Shown here: positions 9,923 to 20,511 of the stretch, in pieces
How positions within the stretch are numbered: the stretch's first letter is position 1
Layout of the letters: every line of letters begins with the position of its first letter
Origin: an uncultured Nitrospiraceae bacterium
GTDB lineage: Bacteria; Nitrospirota; Thermodesulfovibrionia; Thermodesulfovibrionales; Dissulfurispiraceae
NCBI GenBank assembly: GCA_963705105.1
Contig: CAVPIW010000010.1
Span: 96,001 to 160,000, forward strand
Direction of reading: 5' to 3'
DNA: 64,000 nucleotides
Notes under the pieces: model-generated
What the model was told of the DNA's origin: nothing
Databases searched by the model: none
What the model saw: only the letters and a program-made list of their open reading frames with translations
Translations under genes and position numbers: made by a program

Positions 9923-11677
9923 CTACTCCTTTTCGGCGTCTGTTGCGACAAAGGTGCGGGGTTCGCGTTTCCCCGACGTTTCGAGCTCGTAGAGCCTGCG
10001 GTAGAGACCGTCTTTTGCGAAGAGGTCGTCATGGGTCCCCGTCTCGACGATTTTGCCTTTTTCGAGGATGATGATCCTGTCGGCTTTCTTGATCGTCGAG
10101 AGCCTGTGGGCGATCACGAAGGTCGTCCTGTTTTCCATGAGGGTGTCGAGGGCTTTCTGGACCATCTTCTCCGATTCGGAGTCGAGGGACGATGTCGCCT
10201 CGTCGAGGATGAGGACCGGGGGGTTCTTCAGAAGGGCCCTGGCGATGGAGATGCGCTGCCTCTGTCCGCCCGAGATCATTACACCCCGTTCACCGATAAC
10301 CGTGTCGTAACCCTTCGGGAGTTCGAGGATGAAATCATGGGCATAGGCCGCCCGGGCCGCGTTCCTGATCTCCTCGTCCGTCGCGTCGGGCTTGCCGAAG
10401 GCGATATTCGCCCTGACGGTGTCGTTGAAGAGGATGATGTCCTGGCTCACAAGGCCGATCTGTCTCCTCAGCGACGGAAGACTTGCCTCGGCGATATTCC
10501 TGCCGTCGATGCGGATGGAGCCCTCCACAGGGTCATAGAAACGGGGGATGAGGTCGACAAGGCTCGTCTTGCCGGCCCCGCTTCTGCCGACGATGGCGAT
10601 GATCTCGCCCTTCTTCACCGAAAGGGTGACATCGTTGAGCACATAGTTCTTCGACGTCGGGTATTTGAAGAACACGTTTTTGAACTCGAAGGACTCCCTG
10701 ATCGTCCCGATATCCTCCTTCCCCTCGTCCTCATGTTCCCTCTCGAAGAGCTCGTCGAGGCGCTCCATCGTCGCCTTGGACTGCTGGATGGCATTGTTCG
10801 CCGAGGCCAGGCGGCGGGCCGGCGTGTATATCATGAAGATCGCCGTCAGGAATGAGAAGAACTCGCCGGGTGACATGACGCTCGTGATGACGAGCCGTCC
10901 GCCGTACCAGAGCACGAAGGCGATGCCGACGGCCCCGACGATTTCCATGAGCAGTGACGTGAATTCAACGAGCCTGGTGGTACGCATGACGTTCCGGTAA
11001 TACTCCTGATTTTTCCTGCGGAATGTCCCGGAAAGTGCCTGCTCCCTGCCGAAGACCTTGACCATCTTGATGCCGTTCAGCGTCTCCGTCAGGAATTCCG
11101 TGAGGACGGAGATGTTCTTCTGCGCTTCCTTGCTGACACCTTTCAGTCTCTTTCCGAGCCTCCCGGCCCCGTAGAGGGCGGCGGGCAGCACGGTGACGGC
11201 AATGAGGGTGAGGTCCCACCGGCGGTAAAAAGCGATACAGATGAGCACGATCGCCGTGGCCCCCTCAACGAAGATGTCCTTCACGGCGCCGGCGAGAAGG
11301 CTCTGGAGCTGCGCAGCGTCGTTGATCGCCCTCGAAAGGATGGAGCCGCTCGATTCCTTCTTGAATTCATCGACGGGCATGAAGAGCAGGTGATCGTACA
11401 GACGGTTCCTCATGTCCCGGACGAGTTTCACGCCGGCCCCCCTCATCAGGTAGGCCTGAAAAAAGGAGAAGACGCCCCTGAGGAGATAGAGGACAAGGAC
11501 GGCAACGGGCATGAGGGTGAGAAGGGTCATGTCCTTCTCGATGAAGATGCCGTCCAGGGCGGGTTTGACGATCCAGGCGAGCCCTCCGTTCAGCCCCGAG
11601 ATGAAGAGGCTCATGAGCGCGGCGACGGCGATCATGCCCCAGTAAGGTTTGACGAGTTTGAAGAGCCTGATGATCAT
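9923..11677 (-). CDS. msbA: lipid A flippase ABC transporter
   Basis: TM domain plus GRSGAGKT, SGGQRQR and LDEATSSLD; lies between lpxB and waaA. Confidence 0.85.
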   Translation of the reverse strand: MIIRLFKLVKPYWGMIAVAALMSLFISGLNGGLAWIVKPALDGIFIEKDMTLLTLMPVAVLVLYLLRGVFSFFQAYLMRGAGVKLVRDMRNRLYDHLLFMPVDEFKKESSGSILSRAINDAAQLQSLLAGAVKDIFVEGATAIVLICIAFYRRWDLTLIAVTVLPAALYGAGRLGKRLKGVSKEAQKNISVLTEFLTETLNGIKMVKVFGREQALSGTFRRKNQEYYRNVMRTTRLVEFTSLLMEIVGAVGIAFVLWYGGRLVITSVMSPGEFFSFLTAIFMIYTPARRLASANNAIQQSKATMERLDELFEREHEDEGKEDIGTIRESFEFKNVFFKYPTSKNYVLNDVTLSVKKGEIIAIVGRSGAGKTSLVDLIPRFYDPVEGSIRIDGRNIAEASLPSLRRQIGLVSQDIILFNDTVRANIAFGKPDATDEEIRNAARAAYAHDFILELPKGYDTVIGERGVMISGGQRQRISIARALLKNPPVLILDEATSSLDSESEKMVQKALDTLMENRTTFVIAHRLSTIKKADRIIILEKGKIVETGTHDDLFAKDGLYRRLYELETSGKREPRTFVATDAEKE

Positions 11678-11774
11678 GTGAGTGACAGTGACAGTGTGAA
11701 TGACGGTAACATGTAATTTCCTGTTTTCATTTGAACGGCTGTTCCCAAACCTTGTCTCTGCTGACTCTCCCATG

Positions 11775-11990
11775 AACCTTGTCGCCGCAATGAGATGTCC
11801 AGAAAGGCGGGGTGAATGCGCCGACAAGCCTCGGTGCTGCGAAACCTTTGCCTTCCCATAAAGACACTATTAGGCTCATGATCGATGTCACAAAGGGTGA
11901 ATTCTTGATACACCATAATAAACGATCACACTCGCTATCAGCGAGGCTCTGAGACGCGTCGCCCCGCCTTTTCATGCAATGGATGGGTTA
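11775..11990 (-). repeat. dispersed MITE-like repeat family, copy C
   Basis: AACCTTGTCG...AAAGGCGGGGTGAATGCGCCGA ... CGCCCCGCCTTTTCATGCAA...GGTTA. Confidence 0.8.
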
Positions 11991-11995
11991 ACGAC

Positions 11996-13225
11996 TCAAT
12001 GACTTAATCTCTCCACCAGGTCAGAGACCCTCTCGGAGGCGCTCCGGCCGGCAAAGAGGCCGGTTACGTGCCGCATCTGCTCCCTCAGACGCTCTCTGTA
12101 ACCCCTGTCGGATATGAGGCGCCTGAGTTCGGCGGTGATATTCTCACGGGTCACCTCGTGCTGGAACAGCTCCATGACGAAGGGTCCCCTGTCCTGCCCG
12201 AGGGAGCGGTCGATCAGATTGTTCACGAGGGAGAAGTGGCGCACCTTCACGATGAGCCTGCCCAGGAAGTGTGTGATGGGAGAGACGCGGTACACCACGA
12301 CCATCGGCACCCGGGCGATGGCCGCCTGGAGTGTCGACGTGCCGGATTTGACGACGGCATAGTCCGTCGCGAACAGGACCTGCAGCGGCTTCCCCTCGAT
12401 GACGCGCACGGAATCGGGCGGCAGGCCCATACCGGAGAGGGTCTTCCGGAGACGGTCGAGTTCCCCGTCCATGAGCGCCTTTGCTTCATGCGGCAGATCG
12501 GGCGACCGGGGGATGACGAAGATGAACCCGGGAGACGTCCGCGCCGTCCCGATGATGCTTTCGCACAGGACAGGGAGCAGTCTTTCCACTTCGTGCCTCC
12601 TGCTCCCCGGCATGACGGTCATCACGGGTCTGTCGGCGGCGATACCGAGTTCTCCCTTCATGGCGTTTTTCAGCTCATCCGACCCGAGCGCTTCGAGACC
12701 GAATCCCTTCAGGGTAAGGACGTCCCTCATCTCGTCCATGACGGGATGGCCGACGAATTCCGCGGGGATGCCCGCATCCCTGTACAACGCCTCTTCAAAG
12801 GGGAGGATGACCGCCATCATATCAATGAGGCTGCCGATCGTCCGGACCCGGCCCTTCCTCCACGCCCAGACCTGGGGGCTGACGTAATAGAGGATCCTGA
12901 TGCCGAGCTTCTTCGCCTCACGGGCCACCTTCATGTTGAAGTCGGGGTAATCGATGAGCACCAGCACCTGGGGGCGGAAGGTCGACAGGTATGCCCTCAC
13001 GCGGCCGAAGGTCTTCCGGAGCTCGCCGATACTCTTCATCACCTCGACGCCGCCGAATGCGCCGGCTATCCTTGACATGAGCTCGACGCCGGCGGCTTCC
13101 ATGCGGTAGCCGCCCACGCCGGTGATCCTGACGGACGGATGTCTCGCCCGGAGGGTCCTGGCGAGAAGGGCGCCGTAGAGTTCTCCGGAGCTCTCACCGG
13201 CGACGATCATCACCCTCTCAAGCAT
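11996..13225 (-). CDS. lpxB: lipid-A-disaccharide synthase
   Basis: IVAGESSGELYG, IDYPDFN, YYVSPQVWAWR, MPGSRRHEV, KSGTSTL. Confidence 0.95.
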   Translation of the reverse strand: MLERVMIVAGESSGELYGALLARTLRARHPSVRITGVGGYRMEAAGVELMSRIAGAFGGVEVMKSIGELRKTFGRVRAYLSTFRPQVLVLIDYPDFNMKVAREAKKLGIRILYYVSPQVWAWRKGRVRTIGSLIDMMAVILPFEEALYRDAGIPAEFVGHPVMDEMRDVLTLKGFGLEALGSDELKNAMKGELGIAADRPVMTVMPGSRRHEVERLLPVLCESIIGTARTSPGFIFVIPRSPDLPHEAKALMDGELDRLRKTLSGMGLPPDSVRVIEGKPLQVLFATDYAVVKSGTSTLQAAIARVPMVVVYRVSPITHFLGRLIVKVRHFSLVNNLIDRSLGQDRGPFVMELFQHEVTRENITAELRRLISDRGYRERLREQMRHVTGLFAGRSASERVSDLVERLSH

Positions 13226-14307
13226 GCATGCACGATATCCGAAATCCGCCCCATCTCGCTCTCCCCGATCTCGGGATAGATGGGGAGCGAGAGGACCTCC
13301 CGGGAGGCACGCTCCGTGACGGGAAAATCTCCTTCCCCGTTGCCGAGAAAGCGGAGTGCCTCCTGAAGATGGAGGGGCACGGGATAATAGACGACGGAGG
13401 GATAATCCCCCTCTTTGAGACAGTCGCGGATTGCGTCGCGCTTCGGGCTCCTGATGGTGTACTGGTGGTAGACGTGGACCGCTCCCTCTTTCTCGACGGG
13501 ACAGGTCACGACGTCGGACAGGAGCCGCGTATACAGCCCGGCCCGGCGGCGCCTCAACTCGTTGTACGCGTCGATCCTCTTCATCTTGACGAGAAGGATC
13601 CCCGCCTGCAGCTCGTCGAGGCGGCTGTTGAAACCGACGCAATCATGCAGATAGCCCCCTGCCGATCCGTGGTTCCGGAGTTTCCTGATCCGGTCCGCAA
13701 CGGCTTTGTCCCTGAGGACGATCATGCCCCCATCGCCGAAGGCGCCGAGGTTCTTGCTCGGATAGAAGCTGTAGCACCCGGCGTCGCCGAAGCTTCCCGT
13801 TTTCCGGCCCTGAAGGGATGCGCCGAAGGACTGGGCGCAGTCCTCGACCACCTTCAGTCCGTGTCGCCCGGCAATTTCCATAATGCGCTGCATGTCCGCG
13901 GGGTGGCCGTAAATGTGAACGGGGAGGATCGCCTTCGTCCTGGCGGTGATCTTCTCCTCGATGCGGTCCGGATCGATGTTCAATGTGTCAGGTTCGATGT
14001 CGACGAGCACCGGCGTCGCTCCCGTATAGAGGATCGCCTCGACTGTCGCAAAGAAAGTAAAGGGTGTGGTGATCACCTCGTCTCCCTTGCCGATGCCGAG
14101 AGAGAGCAGGGAGAGGTGGAGCGCGTCCGTTCCCGATGCCACGCCGATCGCGTCGGGCACACCGTGATAGGCGGCGACTTTCTCTTCCAGCTCACGGACC
14201 CGCCGGCCGAGGATATACTGGGAGCTTTCGAGAATCTCGCCGACGACGGCGAGGACCTCGTCCCGTATATCGAGGTACTGCGTTTTCAAGTCAAGCATCG
14301 GTTTCAT
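13210..14307 (-). CDS. DegT/DnrJ/EryC1/StrS aminotransferase (GnnB-like)
   Basis: EDCAQSFG, SFYPSKNLGAFGDGG, NSRLDELQA; overlaps lpxB. Confidence 0.9.
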   Translation of the reverse strand: MKPMLDLKTQYLDIRDEVLAVVGEILESSQYILGRRVRELEEKVAAYHGVPDAIGVASGTDALHLSLLSLGIGKGDEVITTPFTFFATVEAILYTGATPVLVDIEPDTLNIDPDRIEEKITARTKAILPVHIYGHPADMQRIMEIAGRHGLKVVEDCAQSFGASLQGRKTGSFGDAGCYSFYPSKNLGAFGDGGMIVLRDKAVADRIRKLRNHGSAGGYLHDCVGFNSRLDELQAGILLVKMKRIDAYNELRRRRAGLYTRLLSDVVTCPVEKEGAVHVYHQYTIRSPKRDAIRDCLKEGDYPSVVYYPVPLHLQEALRFLGNGEGDFPVTERASREVLSLPIYPEIGESEMGRISDIVHACLRG

Positions 14308-14418
14308 GATCATCAATCCCTTTCTATCATAATAGTATCGATATGCTCATATATCACCGGACCACACGTTGCCGTGTCTGTTGATGCCAGAAGCCCGTCA
14401 GGCAACAGGCGCTGAACA

Positions 14419-14750
14419 ACCTGAGATGACATATTTCTTCATACGCCCGACCGAAAAGCGGGGTGAATGCGCCGAAAAGCATCGGTGCTGCGAAACCGCT
14501 GCCTTCCCGTGGAGAGCACGGAAGCACAGCTGTCGATGATACAAAGGATGAAATGTTTAAAATCCAATAATAAATAATCATGCTCGCTATCAGCGAGGCT
14601 TTGAGGCGCTTCGCCCCGCTTTCTGTGCATCTGCCAAAATGATCCTCATATCGCATTGGAAAGGCTTTGAACCATGTCTGCCTTCCCGGCATCAGCGTCG
14701 CATTCAGTAAGCCTTCGAAGCACTTCGCCCCGCTGTTCCTCTGCAACGGG
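14419..14750 (-). repeat. dispersed MITE-like repeat family, copy D plus an adjacent partial copy
   Basis: AAGCGGGGTGAATGCGCCGAAAAGCATCGG ... CTTCGCCCCGC occurs twice; ATCGCATTGGAAAGGCTTTGAACCAT module. Confidence 0.75.
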
Positions 14751-14755
14751 ACTGT

Positions 14756-15709
14756 CTAATCCCCGACGGCCGGGCAGAACGAGTATCCGCCCCTGATCCT
14801 CCTGCCGATCTCGAGTGCGATCTGCAGGGCGTTCCTTCCCTCGACGGCCGAGACGTCAGGCCTTCTTCTCTCAGTGATACATGCCACGAAATCCCGGAGC
14901 TCCTCCATCAGGGGTTCCCTCTTTTCGACGCCGACTGACTCCTCGACGATCCCGCCGTCCCGCTTGAAAAACCTCCTGATCTCCATGGCCTGGTAATCGA
15001 GAAGCAGGAGGGAGTCACGCTGGAAGACCCTCAGCTTCCGGGACTTCTCCGGTGAAAGCCTGCTTGCTGTCACGAGGGCCTGCACACCGTCGCCGAATTC
15101 GAGCCACGTCCTGGCGATGTCGATCGTCTCCGTGAGCACCGGCGAGCCCGTCGCCTTGATGTCGGCAACGGTGACGTTTCTTCCCGCCCGCGACAGGAGG
15201 GCGAGGACGATATCGATGTCGTGAATCATCAGGTCCAGGGTGATGTCGACGTCCGTTCCCCGACCGAGGAAGGGCGAGAGCCTCTCGGCCTCGATGAAGA
15301 CGGGCTCCCCGATGAGGGGATGAAGGGCGACGACGGCGGGGTTGAACCGCTCCAGGTGGCCCACCTGGACGATGACGCCCCTGTCGGCGGCGGTCCTGAT
15401 GATGTCCTCGGCCTCGTCGACAGTGCAGGTGATCGGCTTTTCGATCAGGATGTCCTTGCCCGCATCGATGCAGTCCCTTGCTATTCCATAGTGAAGCGTC
15501 GTCGGCGTCACGATGCTCAAGGCATCCACCCTGTCAATGATGTCCCTGTAGTCGGCGCAGTATGCGCAGCCGTATTTTCCCGCTATCTCCCGCGCCCTTT
15601 CGATGTCCGCGTCGACGACGAAACTGAGCTGTGCCCCGTCGAGCCCGGAGAAGATACGGGCATGGTGCTGACCGAGATACCCCACTCCGATGACCCCGAT
15701 GCGTTTCAC
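14756..15709 (-). CDS. Gfo/Idh/MocA oxidoreductase (GnnA-like)
   Basis: GVIGVGYLG, IEKPI, VGHLERFNPA, DLMIHDID. Confidence 0.9.
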   Translation of the reverse strand: MKRIGVIGVGYLGQHHARIFSGLDGAQLSFVVDADIERAREIAGKYGCAYCADYRDIIDRVDALSIVTPTTLHYGIARDCIDAGKDILIEKPITCTVDEAEDIIRTAADRGVIVQVGHLERFNPAVVALHPLIGEPVFIEAERLSPFLGRGTDVDITLDLMIHDIDIVLALLSRAGRNVTVADIKATGSPVLTETIDIARTWLEFGDGVQALVTASRLSPEKSRKLRVFQRDSLLLLDYQAMEIRRFFKRDGGIVEESVGVEKREPLMEELRDFVACITERRRPDVSAVEGRNALQIALEIGRRIRGGYSFCPAVGD

Positions 15710-16347
15710 TGTTCCGCCTTCCGCTGTTCCAGCATTTTCAGAATTGTCTGCCTGACCGGAGGGAATCCCTGCCGGCGCAGTGCCTCGATCATCTCCTCCG
15801 ATGCAACGTCCCTGAAAAAACGTTGTCTTTCAGCCTGATCCGGCATTTCCCTTCTCACCCGTGCCCTGAGCGCGCCGAGGAAACGCACGAATTGTCCGAA
15901 ATCCCCGCCATACAGACCTTCAAGCTCTTTCCGGATCGTCCCGGCCAGAGCCGGACTGGCCCCTGACGTCGAAACGGCGATCCTCAAACCGCTCTTTTCA
16001 ATGGAGGACGGGACTATAAAATTCGCCTTCCCAGGCAGGTCGACGGTGTTCACAAGACAGGGGGCTTCAGAGGAAACACGCTCATTGACGTCCTTCCGGG
16101 ATGTGGCCGCGATGACGAGGAAGGCCTGCCGGAGATCTCCGCTCCTGTATTGTCTCCTTACATGGGTGATGGCGCCGCGCTCTTTCTTCTTCTCCAGGGC
16201 CGCCGTGAGGTCGGGACTGATGACGGTGACGTCTCCGCCCGCCCTGAGGAGCGATGATACTTTCCTTTCAGCGACTTTTCCGCCGCCGACGACGACGCAT
16301 TTTCTGCCTTCGATGTTCAGGAAGGCGGGATAATATCGGGGAATCAC
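15706..16347 (-). CDS. sirC: precorrin-2 dehydrogenase/sirohydrochlorin ferrochelatase (SirC/CysG N-terminal)
   Basis: YYPAFLNIEGRKCVVVGGGKVAERK, IAVSTSGASPALA. Confidence 0.9.
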   Translation of the reverse strand: MIPRYYPAFLNIEGRKCVVVGGGKVAERKVSSLLRAGGDVTVISPDLTAALEKKKERGAITHVRRQYRSGDLRQAFLVIAATSRKDVNERVSSEAPCLVNTVDLPGKANFIVPSSIEKSGLRIAVSTSGASPALAGTIRKELEGLYGGDFGQFVRFLGALRARVRREMPDQAERQRFFRDVASEEMIEALRRQGFPPVRQTILKMLEQRKAEQ

Positions 16348-16356
16348 AACGGGAGG

Positions 16357-17139
16357 CTACCTCGGAGACCCCTGCGTCCCGATGCCGGGCATGAGTTTCC
16401 GCGCCTGAGAGGCGAAGGAACTCGACGGATACCTGGTGACGAGACGTGTGAACGCGTCCCGGGCCTTCTCGTCGTTCTTCATGGCCCGGTATGAGCTGCC
16501 GAGGAGAAAAAGCGTCTCTTCCATCCTTTTGTACTCGGGAAATTTGTCGATGAGCCCCTCGAAACGGGAGATGGCGGATTCATACGATCCCTTCTTGTAG
16601 TAAAACTCTCCCGTCATGAATTCACCGTCTGCAATCACGGACCGCGCCTTTTCGATCCTGAGCTCCACGACTTCCCGATAGGGGTTCCGGGGATAGAGTT
16701 CCTTGAGGCGGATGAATTCCCTGAGTGCTCTCTGGGCGGCGCCCGAACCCCTGTCGGGCGACTCGATCTGACCGAAATATGCCGATGCTATCTGGTACTG
16801 CGCATAGGACGCATACTGGTTATCGGGATAGAGTTCGAGAAATCTGCGGTATTCCTGTATGCCGACCTCGGGCTCTCCCTCCCTCACAAAAGAGTCCGCT
16901 ATCCTGAGCTGGGCGACGGGAGAGAACTTCTTCGTCGTGTCCCTGTTCTTCACTTCCAGGAGCACCTTCCGGGCCTGTTCGTATTCCTTGTCATCGATGA
17001 GTTTTTCGGCCTTCGCAAGGCTCTTTTCAGGATCGAAGGCCTCCTCTTTCACGACTTCCTTGCCTCCGCATGAAAGCATGACGAGGGCCGTCAGGATCAC
17101 CGCGACGGCGGGAAGAAGTCGTTGCAGGGCCTTACCCAT
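16357..17139 (-). CDS. bamD: outer membrane assembly lipoprotein BamD
   Basis: Lipobox LSC; TPR repeats; YRRFLELYP, DRGSGAAQRA, YYKKGSYESAISRF. Confidence 0.85.
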   Translation of the reverse strand: MGKALQRLLPAVAVILTALVMLSCGGKEVVKEEAFDPEKSLAKAEKLIDDKEYEQARKVLLEVKNRDTTKKFSPVAQLRIADSFVREGEPEVGIQEYRRFLELYPDNQYASYAQYQIASAYFGQIESPDRGSGAAQRALREFIRLKELYPRNPYREVVELRIEKARSVIADGEFMTGEFYYKKGSYESAISRFEGLIDKFPEYKRMEETLFLLGSSYRAMKNDEKARDAFTRLVTRYPSSSFASQARKLMPGIGTQGSPR

Positions 17140-17253
17140 AACAGTCTATTTAACCGCAAACAACGTCTTTAGTCAAGGTTTTTGACAGGACGGCGGATCT
17201 TGTACTAAACTGTTTGATTGATACCCTGACGTAGACGTACAAGGAGGGTTTTC

Positions 17254-18975
17254 GTGACAAAAGGTTTTGCATTTCTGGTCCTCGCCTGCTGCATTCTGTT
17301 TTCCTGCGCTTCCTTCGCCTACGGTCAGCAGCAACCCGGAGGCGGGGAGGAAACTCCCAGCCTGGTCGAAGAGCCGCTGAAGGCGCTGAAACAGGAGCTG
17401 CTCTCCTTTGTTCAGCCCATGTCCGGCCGTGTGCTCGCCGTCGAAGACGGAGCGGTCACCATCGACAAGGGGACGCTCGCGTCCGTCAAGCCCGGCATGA
17501 GATTCTCGGTCTTTAAGGAAGGGGTCAGTTTCATCCACCCCGTCACGAAGGAACCTCTCGGGAGGATCGAAATCCCCGTCGGCACGGTGGATGTGACGAC
17601 TGCAAACAGGGACGACTCCCGCGGCGTCATCGTCAAGGGAAAGCCCGAGGACTTCCAGGACGCAAAGGTGAAGATTTACGGCACGAGAATCAGGCTCTTC
17701 TTCTTCCAGTCGCAGACCGTTGACTGGGACGTGGGCGAGACCTATTACCAGATATTGAAGGAGAGCGGCCGCTTCGATCTCATCGATACAGGCATCGTGA
17801 CGGACGATATGGAAGGGATCATGAAAGAGGCCCGGGACAAGGGCGCGGAGATGATCATCATGCTCCGGGCTTCGGCTGCCGGCGATCAGATGAACCTCGC
17901 GCAGAGGCTCCTCTGGGCAGGCGACGCAAAACAGTTCTCCGACAAGGAGGTCTCCTTCCCGCTCACCGCGGTAAGGGAACTCAAATACAGGGCGGGGAGA
18001 CCCCTGATGAGGGAGGGGGAGATCCTGCTCATGTTCAGCCTTACATATGGGGCGAATCACCTTTCCGTCGGAGACCTCGACGGAGACGGGAACCCGGAAA
18101 TCATCCTCGTCTCGGGCAACGTCGTCCGCGCCTATGTGCCGGGGGTGGATCTCAAGCTCCTATGGGAATTCAATGTTTCCCGAACGGGAGATGTCCTCTG
18201 GATCGAGACGGCCGATATGAACGGCAACGGCCGGGACGAGGTCATCGTCACGCTCATGCAGGACGGCAGGATCGTCTCCTCCGTCCATGAACTCGGCGAT
18301 GGACGGTTTGTGGAACTCTGGAACAGGAAGGACCTCTTCCTGAGAAAGGTCGACCAGGGCCTGGTGGGTCAGCGTTTTAACCAGCGCGACGGGTACGACG
18401 GTGCCGTCTTCACCGTCTCGTACGAGAACGGGACCTTCAGGGAGGGAGACAGGATAAAGCTGCCGGCCGAAATCAATATCTATGATTACCAGCCCATTAT
18501 CTCGCCCGACGGCAGGAGGGGAACCCTGTCATGGGACGACAACGGATTTCTCCAGCTCCACAATGAGCGGGACGTCAGGGTCTGGATGAGCGCCGCCGAT
18601 TACGGGGGTTTCTCGACGACGTTCAAGAGGGAGTCTGTCGGCGGCATGGCGGAACGGGGGAAATGGGCTGTCAAGGACCGGCTCATGAAAAAGCAGGGCG
18701 AAGTGCTCGTTCCCAAGAAGACGCCCCTTGTCGGCATGGCAAAAGGCATCGGGTTCCGCAAATCGGAGATCAGGAGTCTCTGGTGGAACGGCCTGTCCGT
18801 CGATGAGCGCAGGCTCGTCGAGGACATCAGCGGAGAAATCCTCGATTACACGATCGTCGACGACAAAATCTACGTCCTCTCGAAGCCCCTCTTCGGGATC
18901 AAGGCGGGAAACATCCTCAAGGGAGAAAATCCCCTGGGGGTGATGATCTACGTCTTTTCTCTCAAGGGAAGATAG
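17254..18975 (+). CDS. exported FG-GAP/VCBS repeat protein
   Basis: Signal peptide; GDLDGDGNPEI and ADMNGNGRDEV motifs. Confidence 0.75.
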   Translation: MTKGFAFLVLACCILFSCASFAYGQQQPGGGEETPSLVEEPLKALKQELLSFVQPMSGRVLAVEDGAVTIDKGTLASVKPGMRFSVFKEGVSFIHPVTKEPLGRIEIPVGTVDVTTANRDDSRGVIVKGKPEDFQDAKVKIYGTRIRLFFFQSQTVDWDVGETYYQILKESGRFDLIDTGIVTDDMEGIMKEARDKGAEMIIMLRASAAGDQMNLAQRLLWAGDAKQFSDKEVSFPLTAVRELKYRAGRPLMREGEILLMFSLTYGANHLSVGDLDGDGNPEIILVSGNVVRAYVPGVDLKLLWEFNVSRTGDVLWIETADMNGNGRDEVIVTLMQDGRIVSSVHELGDGRFVELWNRKDLFLRKVDQGLVGQRFNQRDGYDGAVFTVSYENGTFREGDRIKLPAEINIYDYQPIISPDGRRGTLSWDDNGFLQLHNERDVRVWMSAADYGGFSTTFKRESVGGMAERGKWAVKDRLMKKQGEVLVPKKTPLVGMAKGIGFRKSEIRSLWWNGLSVDERRLVEDISGEILDYTIVDDKIYVLSKPLFGIKAGNILKGENPLGVMIYVFSLKGR

Positions 18976-18991
18976 CAAAGGGGAGCAGGCG

Positions 18992-19708
18992 ATGCAGAAG
19001 AGGACCATCCCCCCGCATATCGGCATCATCATGGACGGCAACGGCCGCTGGGCGGAAATGAGAGGGCTGCCGAGGTTCGAGGGCCACAAGAGGGGCGTCG
19101 AACGGGTCAGGGAGATCATCGAGGCCGCCAGCGGCATCGGTGTCAGGGTCCTTTCCCTCTATGCCTTCTCAATCGAGAACTGGATGAGGCCCGAGGATGA
19201 AGTGAACGTTATCATGGGTCTGCTCGAATCGACGCTCAAGGGTGAGTTCCTCAGCTTCATGAGCAACGGGATCCGGTTCAGGGCCATCGGCGACAGGGAG
19301 AGGCTGCCGGAAAATATCAGGGCGATCATCGAGCTCATCGAGGCGGAAACGAAGAACAATGACAGGCTGATCCTCCAGTGCGCGCTGAGCTACGGCGGCA
19401 GGGACGAGATCATCAGGGCCGTTAAAAAGTCCCTCGCAGCCGCTCCGGGGGGAGAGATCACCGAAGAAACCGTCACAGCTCACCTGGACACAGCGGGAAC
19501 GCCCGATCCCGACCTGATCATCAGGACGAGCGGTGAACAGCGGTTGAGCAACTTCCTTCTCTGGCAGTCTGCCTATGCGGAATTCTATTTCACGCCCACC
19601 CTCTGGCCCGATTTCACGAAAGAAGAGCTGCTGGAGGCCGTGCTCGAATACCAGATGAGGGATCGTCGATTCGGCAAGGTCGCCGACGGAGCCCTGAAAT
19701 GCACCTGA
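18992..19708 (+). CDS. uppS: undecaprenyl diphosphate synthase
   Basis: HIGIIMDGNGRWA, RTSGEQRLSNFLLWQ. Confidence 0.97.
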   Translation: MQKRTIPPHIGIIMDGNGRWAEMRGLPRFEGHKRGVERVREIIEAASGIGVRVLSLYAFSIENWMRPEDEVNVIMGLLESTLKGEFLSFMSNGIRFRAIGDRERLPENIRAIIELIEAETKNNDRLILQCALSYGGRDEIIRAVKKSLAAAPGGEITEETVTAHLDTAGTPDPDLIIRTSGEQRLSNFLLWQSAYAEFYFTPTLWPDFTKEELLEAVLEYQMRDRRFGKVADGALKCT

Positions 19709-20511
19709 AGCGGCTCATTGTCGCCCTGATCGCCCTTCCCCTGCTTTACTTCCTCATCGTTCGCCTCGGTCCGGGCGCGTTCCTCGTCATCCTCACCATC
19801 GTCACGGCAGGGGCCCAGGCGGAATTTTACAGCATGTACAAAACAGCCCCTGCCCTCTCGGTGATCGGCATCATCGGAGGTGTGCTCATGATCACCTCTT
19901 CTTTTCTGATCGAGAGTCGGTTTGTCCCCGAGGCGGTCTCGGCAAATTTCCATCCCTCGGTGATTATGATGACCTTCCTGATCATGTCGACGGCGAGGCT
20001 CTTCCTCGTCAGGGACCCCTCCGCCTCTCTCCATGATATGGCGCCGGCCATCACGGGCTTCGTCTACATCCCCACCCTCCTGCTGCCGCAATGGCACCTG
20101 AGGCTGAACGGCTATGAGTGGATCCTTCTCCTGTACGGATCCGTCTGGGCCTCCGACAGCCTTGCCTATTACGTCGGCAAGGGGATGGGGAAAAGAAAGC
20201 TCTATGTCGAAGTGAGCCCGAACAAGACCGTCGAGGGCGCTTTCGGCTCCATCCTCGGCGGCGCCCTCTCCGCATTCATCCTCGGCAGACTCCTGTTCAG
20301 CGATATGAACGGCCTGCTCTTCGCATTCATCGGGCTGATGATCGGGGCGGTGACGATCGCAGGTGACCTCGTCGAGTCCATGTTCAAGCGCGATGCCGGC
20401 GTGAAGGATTCGGGCGTCCTCATCCCGGGGCACGGGGGGATCCTCGACAAGATCGACGGCGTCCTTTTCGCGGGACCGGTCCTCTATCTCATCACCCTCG
20501 CACTGACATGA
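19699..20511 (+). CDS. cdsA: phosphatidate cytidylyltransferase
   Basis: SPNKTVEG, GDLVESMFKRDAGVKDSG..IPGHGGILDKID. Confidence 0.97.
   Translation: MHLKRLIVALIALPLLYFLIVRLGPGAFLVILTIVTAGAQAEFYSMYKTAPALSVIGIIGGVLMITSSFLIESRFVPEAVSANFHPSVIMMTFLIMSTARLFLVRDPSASLHDMAPAITGFVYIPTLLLPQWHLRLNGYEWILLLYGSVWASDSLAYYVGKGMGKRKLYVEVSPNKTVEGAFGSILGGALSAFILGRLLFSDMNGLLFAFIGLMIGAVTIAGDLVESMFKRDAGVKDSGVLIPGHGGILDKIDGVLFAGPVLYLITLALT

Noticed and set aside
13226..13642. N-terminal extensions of the lpxB, msbA and NUDIX ORFs in the ORF track
   Set aside because: They overlap upstream genes or repeats; family homology begins at later starts.
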